DNA of 64,000 nucleotides from Octopus vulgaris. Lineage: Eukaryota. The DNA is taken from positions 91,326,001 through 91,390,000 of the forward strand of contig OX597820.1 in the NCBI GenBank assembly GCA_951406725.2, read 5' to 3'. The notes beneath the pieces were generated by a model, which ran no database searches, had not been told where the DNA came from, and was given only the letters and a program-made list of their open reading frames with translations. This document shows, piece by piece, positions 52,300 through 64,000 of the stretch. Every line of letters begins with the position of its first letter. The first letter of the stretch is position 1. The translations under genes and the position numbers were made by a program.

Positions 52300-53029
52300 G
52301 TAAAGCAATTTTCTTTTCTATTAGCTTTTCATGTTTGTTTTATGTATTTCAATAAAACCAGCGTTGTCATAAAAAATTGCCATTTACCTTAACTAAGTAT
52401 CTTTTGTCTATTCTCAAAACGTTATTTTTGTGGAAATAGAATTAACCTCCAGTGAAATATTTTTTCTTATAACATAAACAGTATTAGAAGTATGTGCAAA
52501 ATTCTATTCAAAATTCTATCACTCCGATGAAACGACTGAGCATTCCATTGACGGTTGGATAGTTTACCAAATATGCCTCTCTTGGTTTTTGATAAAATGT
52601 AATTTAATGACTCATTAGCCAGATTCAGTTAGGGGTTCGAAATTAGAGTTGTGCTGAGCACCCCACAACTTGCCACATGGCATTAGAAAAGTTGATAAAA
52701 ATAACAAACATATTTGCACTTCGGGCTTTGTATTTCATCTCTGCCGCACTAAAATTATGTATTTGTCTTGAATGTCAATTATGTAGAGTAGTAGTCGATA
52801 TACATTATTGCTTGATGCGCACAATATGGAGTAATTGTGAAATTTATGCAAGGCTTCTCGTATCCCCAGCTTCTGTTGATAAGTATTTCATATTAAATAA
52901 TGAAGTTGATTTATACTAATTATCAGAAATTTTCCTTTATGCAGATGCATAAACACAGACAAATCTATAAAGTAATATAACTACATGCAGATATACGTAT
53001 ATACATAGATAAGAGATATAAATACAGAC

Positions 53030-53575
53030 ATCTATGCATACATACATACACACACACATACATACATACATACATACATACATACATACATACATACATA
53101 CATACATACATACATACATACATACATACATACATACATACATGCATACATACATACATACATACATGTGTATACATACATACATACATACATACATGTA
53201 GTAGTAGTAGTATTTTGTTAACGCCGAAACGGCATTCACTCACTTTCAAGAAACTGGTGTTTCAGATTCAATAAAATGCTATTTTACAATACCTCGCTAT
53301 TCGAATCCAAATTTTCCACATGTGCTCACATACATACATACATACATATATACACACATACACACATACACACATACACACACACATACCCACATACACA
53401 CACATGCACACACACATACACTCACATACACACACACATACACACATGCACACACACACATACACACACACATACACACACACACTGACACTCACACACT
53501 GACACTGACACTCACACACTCACACACACACACACTCACATTCACACACACACACACATACACAAACACACACAA
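53030..53575. repeat. (TACA)n and degenerate (CA)n microsatellites
   Basis: Read directly from the sequence. Confidence 0.92.
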
Positions 53576-53719
53576 TTATAATTTAACTAAAACGAACGAA
53601 GGGAAATAACTCAGTCTGACAAATGGCATATATTTGAATACTAAAGACAAATATAGAGAAATCAAATACAACATAATTTCTTGATTTATTAAAATTATCT
53701 GTGCTTCTAGAGGCTGCAT

Positions 53720-54393
53720 CATAATCGCTGCTTGTAGCAGGAATGATGTTTAATTGGAAGTCTTAAAGGGAAGGAGTCCCTAAGATATCGATTAATATTA
53801 CGTATAGATGACCGTATGGTCCGCATATAATGCAAATTACATGTCCCCAGTGGTTCTGGTGAATGGATATATGAGGAATTGTTAGTTCCTATAAAGATAA
53901 AGGAAACGTTATGGTAACATTGTTGGAAACAGGCAAAATATCCAGATTGAACATGCATCTGTAAATGGTGGGTGGAAGCAACGGATCACTAAGTTAAGCC
54001 AGTTCTCGATACGTTTAAATTCTGAGGGGTGAGCGCAGAAGTGGTGGAGGGTGTTGGGTTCATATTGGAGAGAAAAGAAATGAGAAAACGATTAAGTCTG
54101 TGAATGAAGAGGGTTATGTACTGATGAGGTGTAAAGTGCAGATAGCGTAACAAATGTGAAGTAGATGGAGTCGTTGAAAGTACAGAATATAGATTTGGAA
54201 AAGCTAGTGTAGATGGTGAAACGAATGAACAGACGGAAATAATGGGTGAAGCAGGTTCGATGGAAGAGACAGCGTAGAGTGGTGGATGTACAGACAGAAA
54301 CCACGTGCAATAATCTTGTCGAGCAATGGTTAAAGACGATTGTGTATACATAGTACGATGTCTAAATATAAGTTTGGAGACACCCATCGGCAT
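53720..54393 (-). mobile_element. Highly decayed L2/CR1-like RT remnant
   Basis: Minus-strand SSVHNPLHSQT resembles the T.NP.HS(F/Y)ADD region; composition similar to the 12.0-12.4 kb remnant. Confidence 0.3.
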
Positions 54394-55796
54394 ATGACTG
54401 ATACAAGTATCAGAGAAAGAGTTTTATATTCAACTAGTGATTAACTCATATATCCTTAAAACTCACAGCCTATTTTTTTTCTTTCACCAGAAAATTAAAT
54501 TTTAGTAATACGTCACATATAAATCATTCATTACACGACATATAAATATTATATGCTCGCACGAATCACCTTACAGGCACTCACATGGCAACACGTATCT
54601 CACACATGGCCAGATACTTATATGTATGCACAGAATATTCACACAGAAACAGCTTCACGAACGCATGCAATTATAACTCGTTCCAATTCCTCAAGCTTTT
54701 TACATCACTTAGGTTACAACTAAAAAGGTCTACTAGAACGAATCAAGTCGAAATATTGTACATAGGTGTAACACAACTGATAACCAAGCAAGTTTCCAAT
54801 TTCAACACCTTGCTCTCGTTTGTTATTTACTGATACCATAGTACACCAAATGCAACATGGATTTCTGAAAGCCATAAAACAGTCATTCAGAAGGAGGAAC
54901 GACTACTAGCTATGCAACTCTTATAGTTCAGATACTTCCTCTTAAACCCATCTTATCGTATATATTTTCTGTTTCAGAATCTATTTCTGTTTTTTTATTA
55001 TTACTTTGCCTTCTGTCCCTTTCTTTGCTCTATTTTTTTAAGCACACTGTAATAAGCTGGGACATATTCGCTGCATCCACTCCAATGTGAAACATATATA
55101 TTTCTATATTGTGTCTGTGTTTTTGTAGATGTATAATCTATATGTATGTATATATGTATATACATATATAAATTGTATGTGAATATATGATTACATCTAT
55201 ATACATGTGTGTGTATATATTTGTATGTATAAATACGTGTATATATATGCATATATATGTGTATGTACATGTATGCGTCTATGTTTATATATATATATAC
55301 ATATATGCATAGATAAATATATATACATAAATGTATATATATAATATATACACACATATGTGTATATATGTATGTATTTGTGTATATGTATATATATGTA
55401 TATATGTGTGTTTATAGGGTGTAAGATTTTTAATACTAGAGTCCCTTTGAAAATGATTAATTACAATAGTAACTTGTAATATTCTTTGACATAATTCTTT
55501 TAGGCTGTAAGGGAATATCCCTTGATACTGGAAACAGTGCTCATTGTAAATGCATTTATTTTGCTTCATTAGCCTGTTCGAGGACGCTTGCAAAAATAAT
55601 CTATTGGTATTATTTCTATTGTCATTTGAAACTCCATTTAATATTTTCACAAAAACGTATTCGTACACATATCATTTACGTTTATGTTAGGAGTACTACA
55701 AAAAGACGTGTGTTTGGTTGAAGTATATAAACTCTCTCAATAGTTATACTTTCATGAAAGGCATAAACCATTTCGAATTATAAATATATTAGAATA

Positions 55797-56157
55797 TCTA
55801 TTATATAAAATCCGTTGTGTCAGTCTGTGTGTGTGTGTCTTCTAGAATCTCGGGCATCCTCCATCCGATTGCGCTCAAATTTAATATGTAGATACCGACG
55901 GTATCAGGGCGTGTATAAGTTTTGGAAAAATTACAAAAATCGATTCTAGGTGAGAATGCAATCAGTAAAGCCGTGGGAACGTGCATTTGTACGCGCAATA
56001 AAATCGCTTTTCTTTGGAATAGAAAAAAGTATATCTTTATTTCTTCTTTTGTTTTGTCTCAAATTTAGGTTAAATCAGTGTTTCTCAAAGGGGACAGTCG
56101 GACAAATTTTTGAGAAAATTTGGTTTAAACAACTCAGCACCGCGCCCATTTTGCTAG
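55797..56157 (+). mobile_element. Non-autonomous Helitron-like element (second family)
   Basis: A|TCTATTATATAAAA 5' end and CTAG|T 3' end; subterminal hairpin degraded. Confidence 0.55.
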
Positions 56158-56360
56158 TAATTATATATTTACACATCAAGGTGAAGTAACTGTTTATGGA
56201 GTGTATATATGATCTACGATGTAAAGGACCCTGTTTAATTTCACACAAAATATTTTAAATATCTAAATCGATAAACCATTGTAAACATTGTTTGGTTATT
56301 AACATCCACGATGAACGGAACAAAATCAAGAAAACAAAATACTTTTGTTGAAGTTGTAAA

Positions 56361-56758
56361 TCTTTATATATAAAAAATAGAGGTTGTGTGCTGTCTGTCT
56401 CCTACGATTTAGATTCCTAACTACTCCCACATTTTGCGGTGCAGTTTAACCAAAACCGGGTATCTTATAGTCGTGATTCATATCGAGCCCTTCTGGGTAT
56501 TAGCGTGCGTCTACGATGAGTCTACGATTAAAAAAAAAATTACCATCAGTTTTTCCCATTTTTAATGCATTTTTCTTAATATAAGGGAAGTAACTCTCTA
56601 AAAATTTATTATTAAATCTTAGAACGTAAAAAGCTACAGTAACCCCCCCCCCCTTTGTGGCTAGCCATATTGAGATGGCTATTATACTTTACATCTCTAA
56701 AAATGCTTATATAGTTATTTCCCTTACAAATCCGAGCAACGCCGGGAGATACTGCTAG
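56361..56758 (+). mobile_element. Non-autonomous Helitron
   Basis: A|TC...tccgagcaacgccgggagatactgCTAG|T; homologous to 42995-43362. Confidence 0.8.
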
Positions 56759-56964
56759 TTGATAATATATCAAAATAATTGTTGGATTGTTTGCTTGAAT
56801 TAGAAATACTTATTACAGTGCGAGATCAGCACCAATAATCTTTTTCCCAACTTCTTTTTGTCTTTCAGGATACACGCAAAATTAGTTTTCATCACTAGTA
56901 CCGCCGGTAATTTCATATTCAGACACAAAAATATAAACTTTTCAGAACACAAGTTGTTTATATA

Positions 56965-57387
56965 CTCTTTTACTCTTTTACTAGTTTCAGTCATTTGACT
57001 GTGGCCATGCTGGAGCACCGCCTTTAGTCGAGCACATCGACTCCACGACTTATTCTTTGTAAGCCTAGTACTTAATCTATCGGTCTCTTTTGCCGAACCA
57101 CTAAGTTACGGGGACGTAAAAACACCGTCATCGGTTGTCAAGCGATGTTGGGGGAACACACATAAACACACACATACATACACATACACACACGCACATA
57201 TATATATATATATATATACATATATACGACGGGCTTCTTTCAGTTTTCGGTCACCAAATCCGCTCACAAGGCTTTGGTCGGCTCGAGACTATAGTAGAAG
57301 ACACCCAAGTTGTCACGCAGTGAGAATGAACCCGGAACCATGTCGTTAGGAAGCAAGCTACTTATCACACAGCCACTCCTGCGCCTA
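56965..57387 (-). mobile_element. tRNA-derived SINE (second family)
   Basis: Homologous to 37435-37830. Confidence 0.85.
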
Positions 57388-57817
57388 TATAAATTTACAA
57401 TGGCTGAGGATTAGCATTACGCTTTGAAAGTTGAAGTAATACGGACTTTGAATCAAACTCTTTTGATCAATATGGGTGGGAGGAAAGTGCGATTGTTGGA
57501 TGTGCGTTGACTGAAAAACATTATGGGAAAATTCTATCGTTTGAAATGGTAGTTGAACACAACTCTCTTCTCTCTCACCCCAACTATATATCAACTCCCT
57601 AGACATACATACAACAAATTTAATTATCATTTCACATAACTCCTCTTACCCAATAAAAACAACTTACCAGAAACTATGTAATACTAAGAGGAACCGATAG
57701 TCTCACAGCCCAACATGGTTAGCAGGCCGAAACTTTGAAGTCACTGTCACTTCTCTTCTTGCAAGAGTATATTGTTTTTATCATAAGATTAAATATTAAC
57801 TTGTATACGTCTCTCCC

Positions 57818-57855
<38 letters not shown>

Positions 57856-58554
57856 AGATATGCATGATGTCTGTTGACACACCGAGATAGATGAGACTGA
57901 TGCCGTTAACGCCCTGTTTAAACTGTTGCATGTAAACATCTATAGGATAGACGTGATCCGAGTGAAGATTCCATTAGAACGTTTCTTTCAAACAGAGCGG
58001 TGGGACTTTGTGATTAATGGGTGACTGGGTGGGGTTGTCGCAATAAGTGTGATGACAGGTCGGAAGAGGTGTGGATTGGTGATACCTGAGATTTTGGGTT
58101 CCGAGTCTACACAGCTATAAGGAACAGAGGACATTACTATACCAATTGAAGAGACAGAGAAAACACTACACCTGTATGCCAGAGTCTGGGCATGTCTCCG
58201 TACCTAATTGCAAGCCATTTGTTCTATATGCCTTTTTCTCGTCGCATCTAGGATACCTGTGGGCATAGCAGTTACACAGTTCCAGATAGGAAAGCATTAT
58301 ATATTTGTGGGCCACCTTTGCGACTTTTAGATTGTCAGAAGCTTTTGGGTGCTGAAATATTTCATGCCCTTCAACTGAAGGCTCAGTCTTTGGGATACAG
58401 TCCTTGTTATGCTAAAGATAATATTTCATCAGGCGGAAACATCGATAATATTGTGTCTCAGCATTTGGCGAAAAAGTGAAAGCCTACATGAGTGTTGCTC
58501 GTGTTTAAAGTATGGGTGATGCGGTGATGTTGTGTTGATGTGATCTTCCACCAA

Positions 58555-59590
58555 CGTCCTCAAGCACAGGATAAGCCTAATGAGTCATGTGACAAAGATT
58601 ATTTGGAGAGTGGAATTGAGTCGAGTGAAAGGTACTATTAGGGGAAACCTATCAGATGAACAGTTCGGATATCGAATTGGAAAGGGGACGAGAAATGCAA
58701 TTGTGTGTTTCAGGACATTGGTGGAAGAGTGTATAAAGAAACAAAAAAGCTTGTACATCTGTTTTACTGACTATGTGAAAACATTTGACTGTGGTGTCAA
58801 GCATGAAGAGTTGGTGAGAATGTTGGAAGAATTCGAAATTGATGAGAAAGATCTAAGAATGATTCAAAATTTGTATTGGGACCAGAAAGTAGCCATCAGA
58901 ATGCAAGGAGAATTAGGTGACTGGATTGACATTCAGAAAGGCGTCCGGCAGGGTTGTATTTTGTCACCTGATTTATTCAACCTGTATAGTGAGAAAGCTC
59001 TAATCAAGATCAAGACAATTGCAGGGAGCCTCAACTGGGGGAAAGGAATTATAACAATCTAAGTTACACAGATGATACGGCTTTGCGGACACAGAAGAGA
59101 AGCTTCGTGTATTCATTAATATTGTGACTGAGGAGAGTGAAAAGATTGGATTGACGATTAACTGCCAGAAAACCTTCTCAGTGGTTTGTACCAAGAAAGC
59201 GCAGGTACTCGCATGTCGCTTGTCGGCAAATGGAACTGGGATAAAACAGAAGGACAGATTCATATATCTGGGAAGTTGGATAACATCAGATGGAAGGGCA
59301 GATAAGGACATCAAATCCAGAAGACTTTTATGGATATGAGGAGCAAAGAAGACTTTTATGGATATTAGGAGCATTTCTTGTGCAAAGAGAATTGGAATGG
59401 AAGTCAAGAAAAGACTATTGAAGTGCTACATCTGACTGGTGCTAACGTATGGATGTAAGATACTCAAAGCTGCAGAAATGTAATTTTATAGAAAAATGCT
59501 TAGAATCTGGAGGGTACAGAGGATGACGAATAAGGAAGTGTTAAAGAAGATGAAAGTGAAGATGGCTACTAACGGTTGATGGCTACTATC

Positions 59591-59631
<41 letters not shown>

Positions 59632-59875
59632 AAGACAGTGGAGATTTGTTGGTCAATTCCTCAGAGAGGATGACGGAATGGAACGTTAAATGATGGAGAT
59701 TGAGCTGGTGGGAAGGAGAGCGAGAGGAAGGCAGAGAATGATATTCTATTGGATGAAGAAGAGAATGAACGTGCAGAGCGAGAAAGTTCAGGGTGATGTT
59801 GCGAGAGACGGAAACAAATGGAGGAACAAGCCATGATCCGTCAACGGCATGAGTATGCTATGACACAAGAAAGAT
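58555..59875 (+). mobile_element. 5'-truncated RTE/BovB-like LINE (RT domain to 3' end), frameshifted
   Basis: ISLMSHVTKI...EQFGYR.GKGTRNAI...LYICFTDYVKTFD...GVRQGCILSPDLFNLYSE...LSYTDDT...GLTINCQKT...FIYLGSWITSDG. Confidence 0.9.
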
Positions 59876-59899
59876 GGTGATCATGCATCTCCATGGAAG

Positions 59900-60800
59900 T
59901 TTTTGTTGCTATTGGCTTCTGGAAGATGGACTCGAGTACTGCATTTGGTCTCTAACTCCAGATGCAGAGACTAACTAAAGGTCTTATTTAAGGTACTGTT
60001 CAGGAAATGTTGCGTTCGGATGATGCATTTACCTATAAAAATTACAGAGAATCTTACAAAAGTAAATATCTGATGAAAAGGCTCCCAGAACTATGCGACC
60101 TATTTGACCTAATAATCGGTCTCATGAACAGGTAAGTCATAAGTAAATGTACTCCAATCTCACTTTTCCTTCACATTGAAGACAAAGAACTAGAATCATA
60201 ACTTTCAAAGTCTTGGATCTACTACCATGACAACCAAATGCTATATGCAGAACACAAGAAGTATATCAGTAAAGCAGCGAATTTTCTATTAAGATTTACA
60301 AAGAATGTGTGGGAGAATAAAAATGTCGGAACTTCTACAAAGTTGAAGGTGTTATAGATCTATGTTCTTAGTACACTTCTTTATGACAGCTTGTCATCGA
60401 ACAACGTACATGACACAGAACATAAACTTTACATGTTTCATTTGAGGCGTATGCACACAGTTCTTGGGAACAGCTAGCAGAACAGTGTTTGAAGCGTTGA
60501 CGTATCTGCACTGGAATGTTACTCATGTTCACTTGCCGGCGACAAGTACTTGGTGACTGGGAGAAGTTCGTTTTATAGATAATGATATTACATTAAAAAA
60601 TTCATATATATACTAAGCTACTGATCTGGAATCTGAATTGAGAGACAAGCGTCTCTCTCGCGTAACTATACAAGGATGCATGCAAACATGACATAGAAGA
60701 AATCAACATCAAAACTCACTCGAGAGAAACAGTCGCAGAACAAACAAAACATTTTATGGATCAATAAAATTCACAGGCATTAAAAAGTGGAGAACAAGCC
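59900..60800 (+). mobile_element. Older decayed RTE-clade LINE remnant
   Basis: QEMLRSDDA (FADDA-like), LMKRLPELCDLFDLII, ISKAA..RFTKNVWENKN..TSTKLKV..YVLSTLLYDS. Confidence 0.65.
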
Positions 60801-63800
60801 TTTCATAAAACATGGTGAACAAAAGCTTACATAGCAAGCTATCCACATGATGCATAATACTCGACGTACATTTTAACAAACGACATAACTGATTCCTCTT
60901 TATATCTTAATGGATAACTTTGCGATATGTGTTCCCTATTTTCTTGCATTATACAAGTGATTCGTCACTTTCAATGCTCAAACTCCCTACAGACTCTCGT
61001 TCAGATTTGGAACACACCTGCCATTCACAAAACTTTGATCGGCTAAAGAATGTTCGCTAAAATCCGACTGAAGAGATCATCATTTCGATGATCTCGGCAA
61101 CAGATCTGCAGTACCTCATGCAAAATTTGGCTTAGCTCGTTATTCGAATTCATTGGCCGTCTCAAAAGTTGTAGAGTTGTTCTAACACAACGTTATAAAA
61201 TCTCAGTAGATAACGGATATCTAATAAGGGTAGATATTAATTATGAACCTTAATTTTTTTTATTAGCTGTTAATGATAGAATTGTAAAACTGCTGTCCAG
61301 AGACATTGTGATAGTGCATGTACTTAAACCTTCTTGATAAAAACACTGTTTGTCTACCTTGAGTATACTGTCTTGTATGTTTTAAATGATTGTTGCTATG
61401 TTTGTAATATGCTAAGTTATGCGAAGCGTATTGATGACTGAAATGTATTTGCAAAATGATGTATGTCATTAAATATGTATCTAAGCAACACTCGTGAATT
61501 ATTTACGAAATTCGTGCAAAGATGTGCTCAATGCTTTAAGTATTTATTCTATTATGTTAATAAGGAGCGCATAGCAATTTCTAATGATATCCAACTGGAT
61601 AATCTATTTTGAGAATCTAAAATATGACTAAAATCTACAATACTTAAAATAAAGTATGAGGTTTAAACTTTAACATGGTGTAATGTATTTTCTTTTAGAA
61701 ATTAACTTTAGACCTAGTTTCTGGATGCAATTACAAACTAGATTCTTTGCATGTATACGAAACGCCTATGCATGATATATTTTGAATGAAATACAATTCC
61801 ATTTTAATCGAACTTTATTAAGTTATATCACAATACAAACGCATGCTTTCCTGAATTTCGTAGTAAAGATAATTCATTCCTAGTAGAAAATCTTTAAAAT
61901 ATGTTTGTAATTAAAACGCTTACCTTCTGCTGATGTATAGCACTGTCCAGTCTAATATGCATTATGTGGTGAGTCAAAAATAGTTTTATCGAAATGAAAT
62001 TGTATGCGTAAAGAAATGAATAATTTTTAGCCTTAATTGCAGTTATTATTGAAAATAGAAAATAAATAAGCATAGTAATATAAAGTAAGAGATTAATGTA
62101 GACAAGCAATGAAAAATGAGTCGGTTTTGATCTTGTTACACTTCAGGGAATTAAGATCAAGCAAATAATTCCATAGTCACCGAATGACTTTTCGAAGTTA
62201 CAATTACTTTGCACCATGCATGGATACTTTTTAACAAGAAAATGGTACAGCTATTGCAGCTTAATACAGTTAATGTAGGAAACAAAAATAATCTTTAATT
62301 AATTTAATTTAAATCTATAAAGAGAAAGCAAATGATGCTGAGATTTAACGTGACCAGCATTTTAATGTAGATATGCAGTAGAGAGTGATATGTACAGCCA
62401 ACGTGTTTCCGCTGTTTATGTATGATAAGACGTTTCTCGTTAAATGTCTTGAAAACATATTCAAAATATATTGAGTCTTGCAATACCTGACTGAATGCTT
62501 GTGTTCATCTTCGATTTTTGGTATAATAAGTCTGTAAAGATAGTATATTCATAATTTATGTACCGCAAACTAAATTAAGTATTATCTTTGCTTAATTTTA
62601 ATTGTCTACACACTCAGATAATCATATTTCTATAAACAGTAAATCGACTCCCTATTCATGTAGTCTCGAAATATAAAATGTAATGATGACGTCAATACAG
62701 TTGAAGTTCATCTATAACATCGTTAGATAAATTTATGTAAACATACTTAATGTGGTTGTGCTGTTGAAATTTTCAGTTGTGAAAAGGTGGTATTACGGTT
62801 CGTTTACGACTGTGGCATGACAGATTAAATGACAAATAATATATCTAAGGAGTAGATGAATGTGTTTCAGCACATGGTAGTCCCTAGCAAGGAATCAAAT
62901 AAAAGTTTACTTTATTTCAACAAAATAGGACTTGGGGAATATTCGAAAGTGTCGGCTTGTAATTGGTGAGCTCATCAAAAGATAGTTAAAGTATGTTGTT
63001 TTGCAGGTGTTTTCATTACATTTACAGAAATCCAGATCATGCTTAATCTTTACCTTCACCCTTTACGCATCTTTATTATGCATTTGTATGAGTTTATGTG
63101 CATGCAGCATAAGATTTATTATATGAAGCCAAATGAAAATAATTCATAAAACTTTAAACCAGAAATGTATTAATGCTCACGCTTTATTTCCTTCATATGC
63201 CAACTCCTATTTTTGGTGTATATGTATAATGAACTTCAAGAGAAGCAAGTTTGCATAAAATATCTGATAATATCTTATACTCCAGTTCTGAATAACCTGA
63301 TGAATATTTTCCTATTTGGCTTCGTTGATAAACGTACCCAGTTTGGTTAACCCAATGCTCTTCATTGATTTTACTGAATTGAGTCAGATCAAGATTAGCG
63401 TTATATTTAACTGGATATAGCGAAATATATATATATTTATTTCCTAAATGTTTTTATCCTATTTTCCACTTATCAACGTGTATGATACGTTTTGCTGAGA
63501 AATGAATGCAGATTTCAATGCCATGTTGGTATTTTGATAAGTTAGTTATGCTACGAAATGTAATTATCTGGCCAAATGTATACACTTTTATTTCCCTGCA
63601 TATAGCTAGTCGTTTCTTTTCATTTTGAAAAATATGTAATTCAAAATAACATTTCTAAAGTTTATTAGTTCTTGATGTGGAAGACAATTAATCTATAATG
63701 AATACTAGGTAAATAATTTTATTTTCTTAAACATTTACTGTATTTTTGAAATGTTAAATTTGTTTAATACTTCTTTTCAATGTACCTTTTATTCTGATCG

Positions 63801-64000
63801 ATCTTGTAATAGGAATCACCAACAACCGATAATAAAGAAAATTTAATTTATTTCTGGGGCGGAGGCGGTAGTGTTGTTAGAAGTGTATCATTTTATTAAT
63901 TATTCGTTATATTGTATTTCTAGTTATCAACTTCAAGTAATCGACAACTGATCACGATTTCCTGAAATCAGACATTTTACTTTTAAGTTGAAATTTAACG

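Noticed and set aside
60049-60131. Exon-like segment with an AG acceptor and AG|GTAAGT donor
   Set aside because: Its translation is part of the decayed RTE RT and does not resemble the expected next CARP exon.

Overview
AT-rich, microsatellite-dense eukaryotic DNA; the repeat repertoire looks like an octopus/coleoid cephalopod genome (inference). Nearly all ORFs in the track are microsatellite artefacts or decayed transposon fragments. The only convincing host coding piece is a 48-nt phase-1/phase-1 exon at 52252-52299 (+), (A)EGSMWTGWWTYEGIS(G), which matches the N-terminal WWTY[D/E]GISG motif of carbonic anhydrase-related proteins (CA10/CA11-like CARP). A possible first exon lies at 40526-40601. 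The rest is intergenic or intronic sequence containing tRNA-derived SINEs of several families, R4/Dong, CR1/L2 and RTE LINE remnants, Tc1/mariner remnants, non-autonomous Helitrons, a ~0.8-kb foldback and a Penelope RT remnant. The most striking signal is at least three unrelated non-coding repeat families that each carry a hammerhead-ribozyme motif of the Penelope-like element type and sit inside microsatellites: (i) a tRNA-head/(AAT)n/hammerhead composite with an inverted copy at 14.1-14.6 kb; (ii) a 1.6-kb element bounded by near-identical 153-bp inverted repeats, each holding a type I hammerhead, at 29.9-31.6 kb; (iii) a ~195-bp (TA)n-embedded element with a CCGACGA core, present in three copies. 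Everything was read by eye; no folding or database searches were run.
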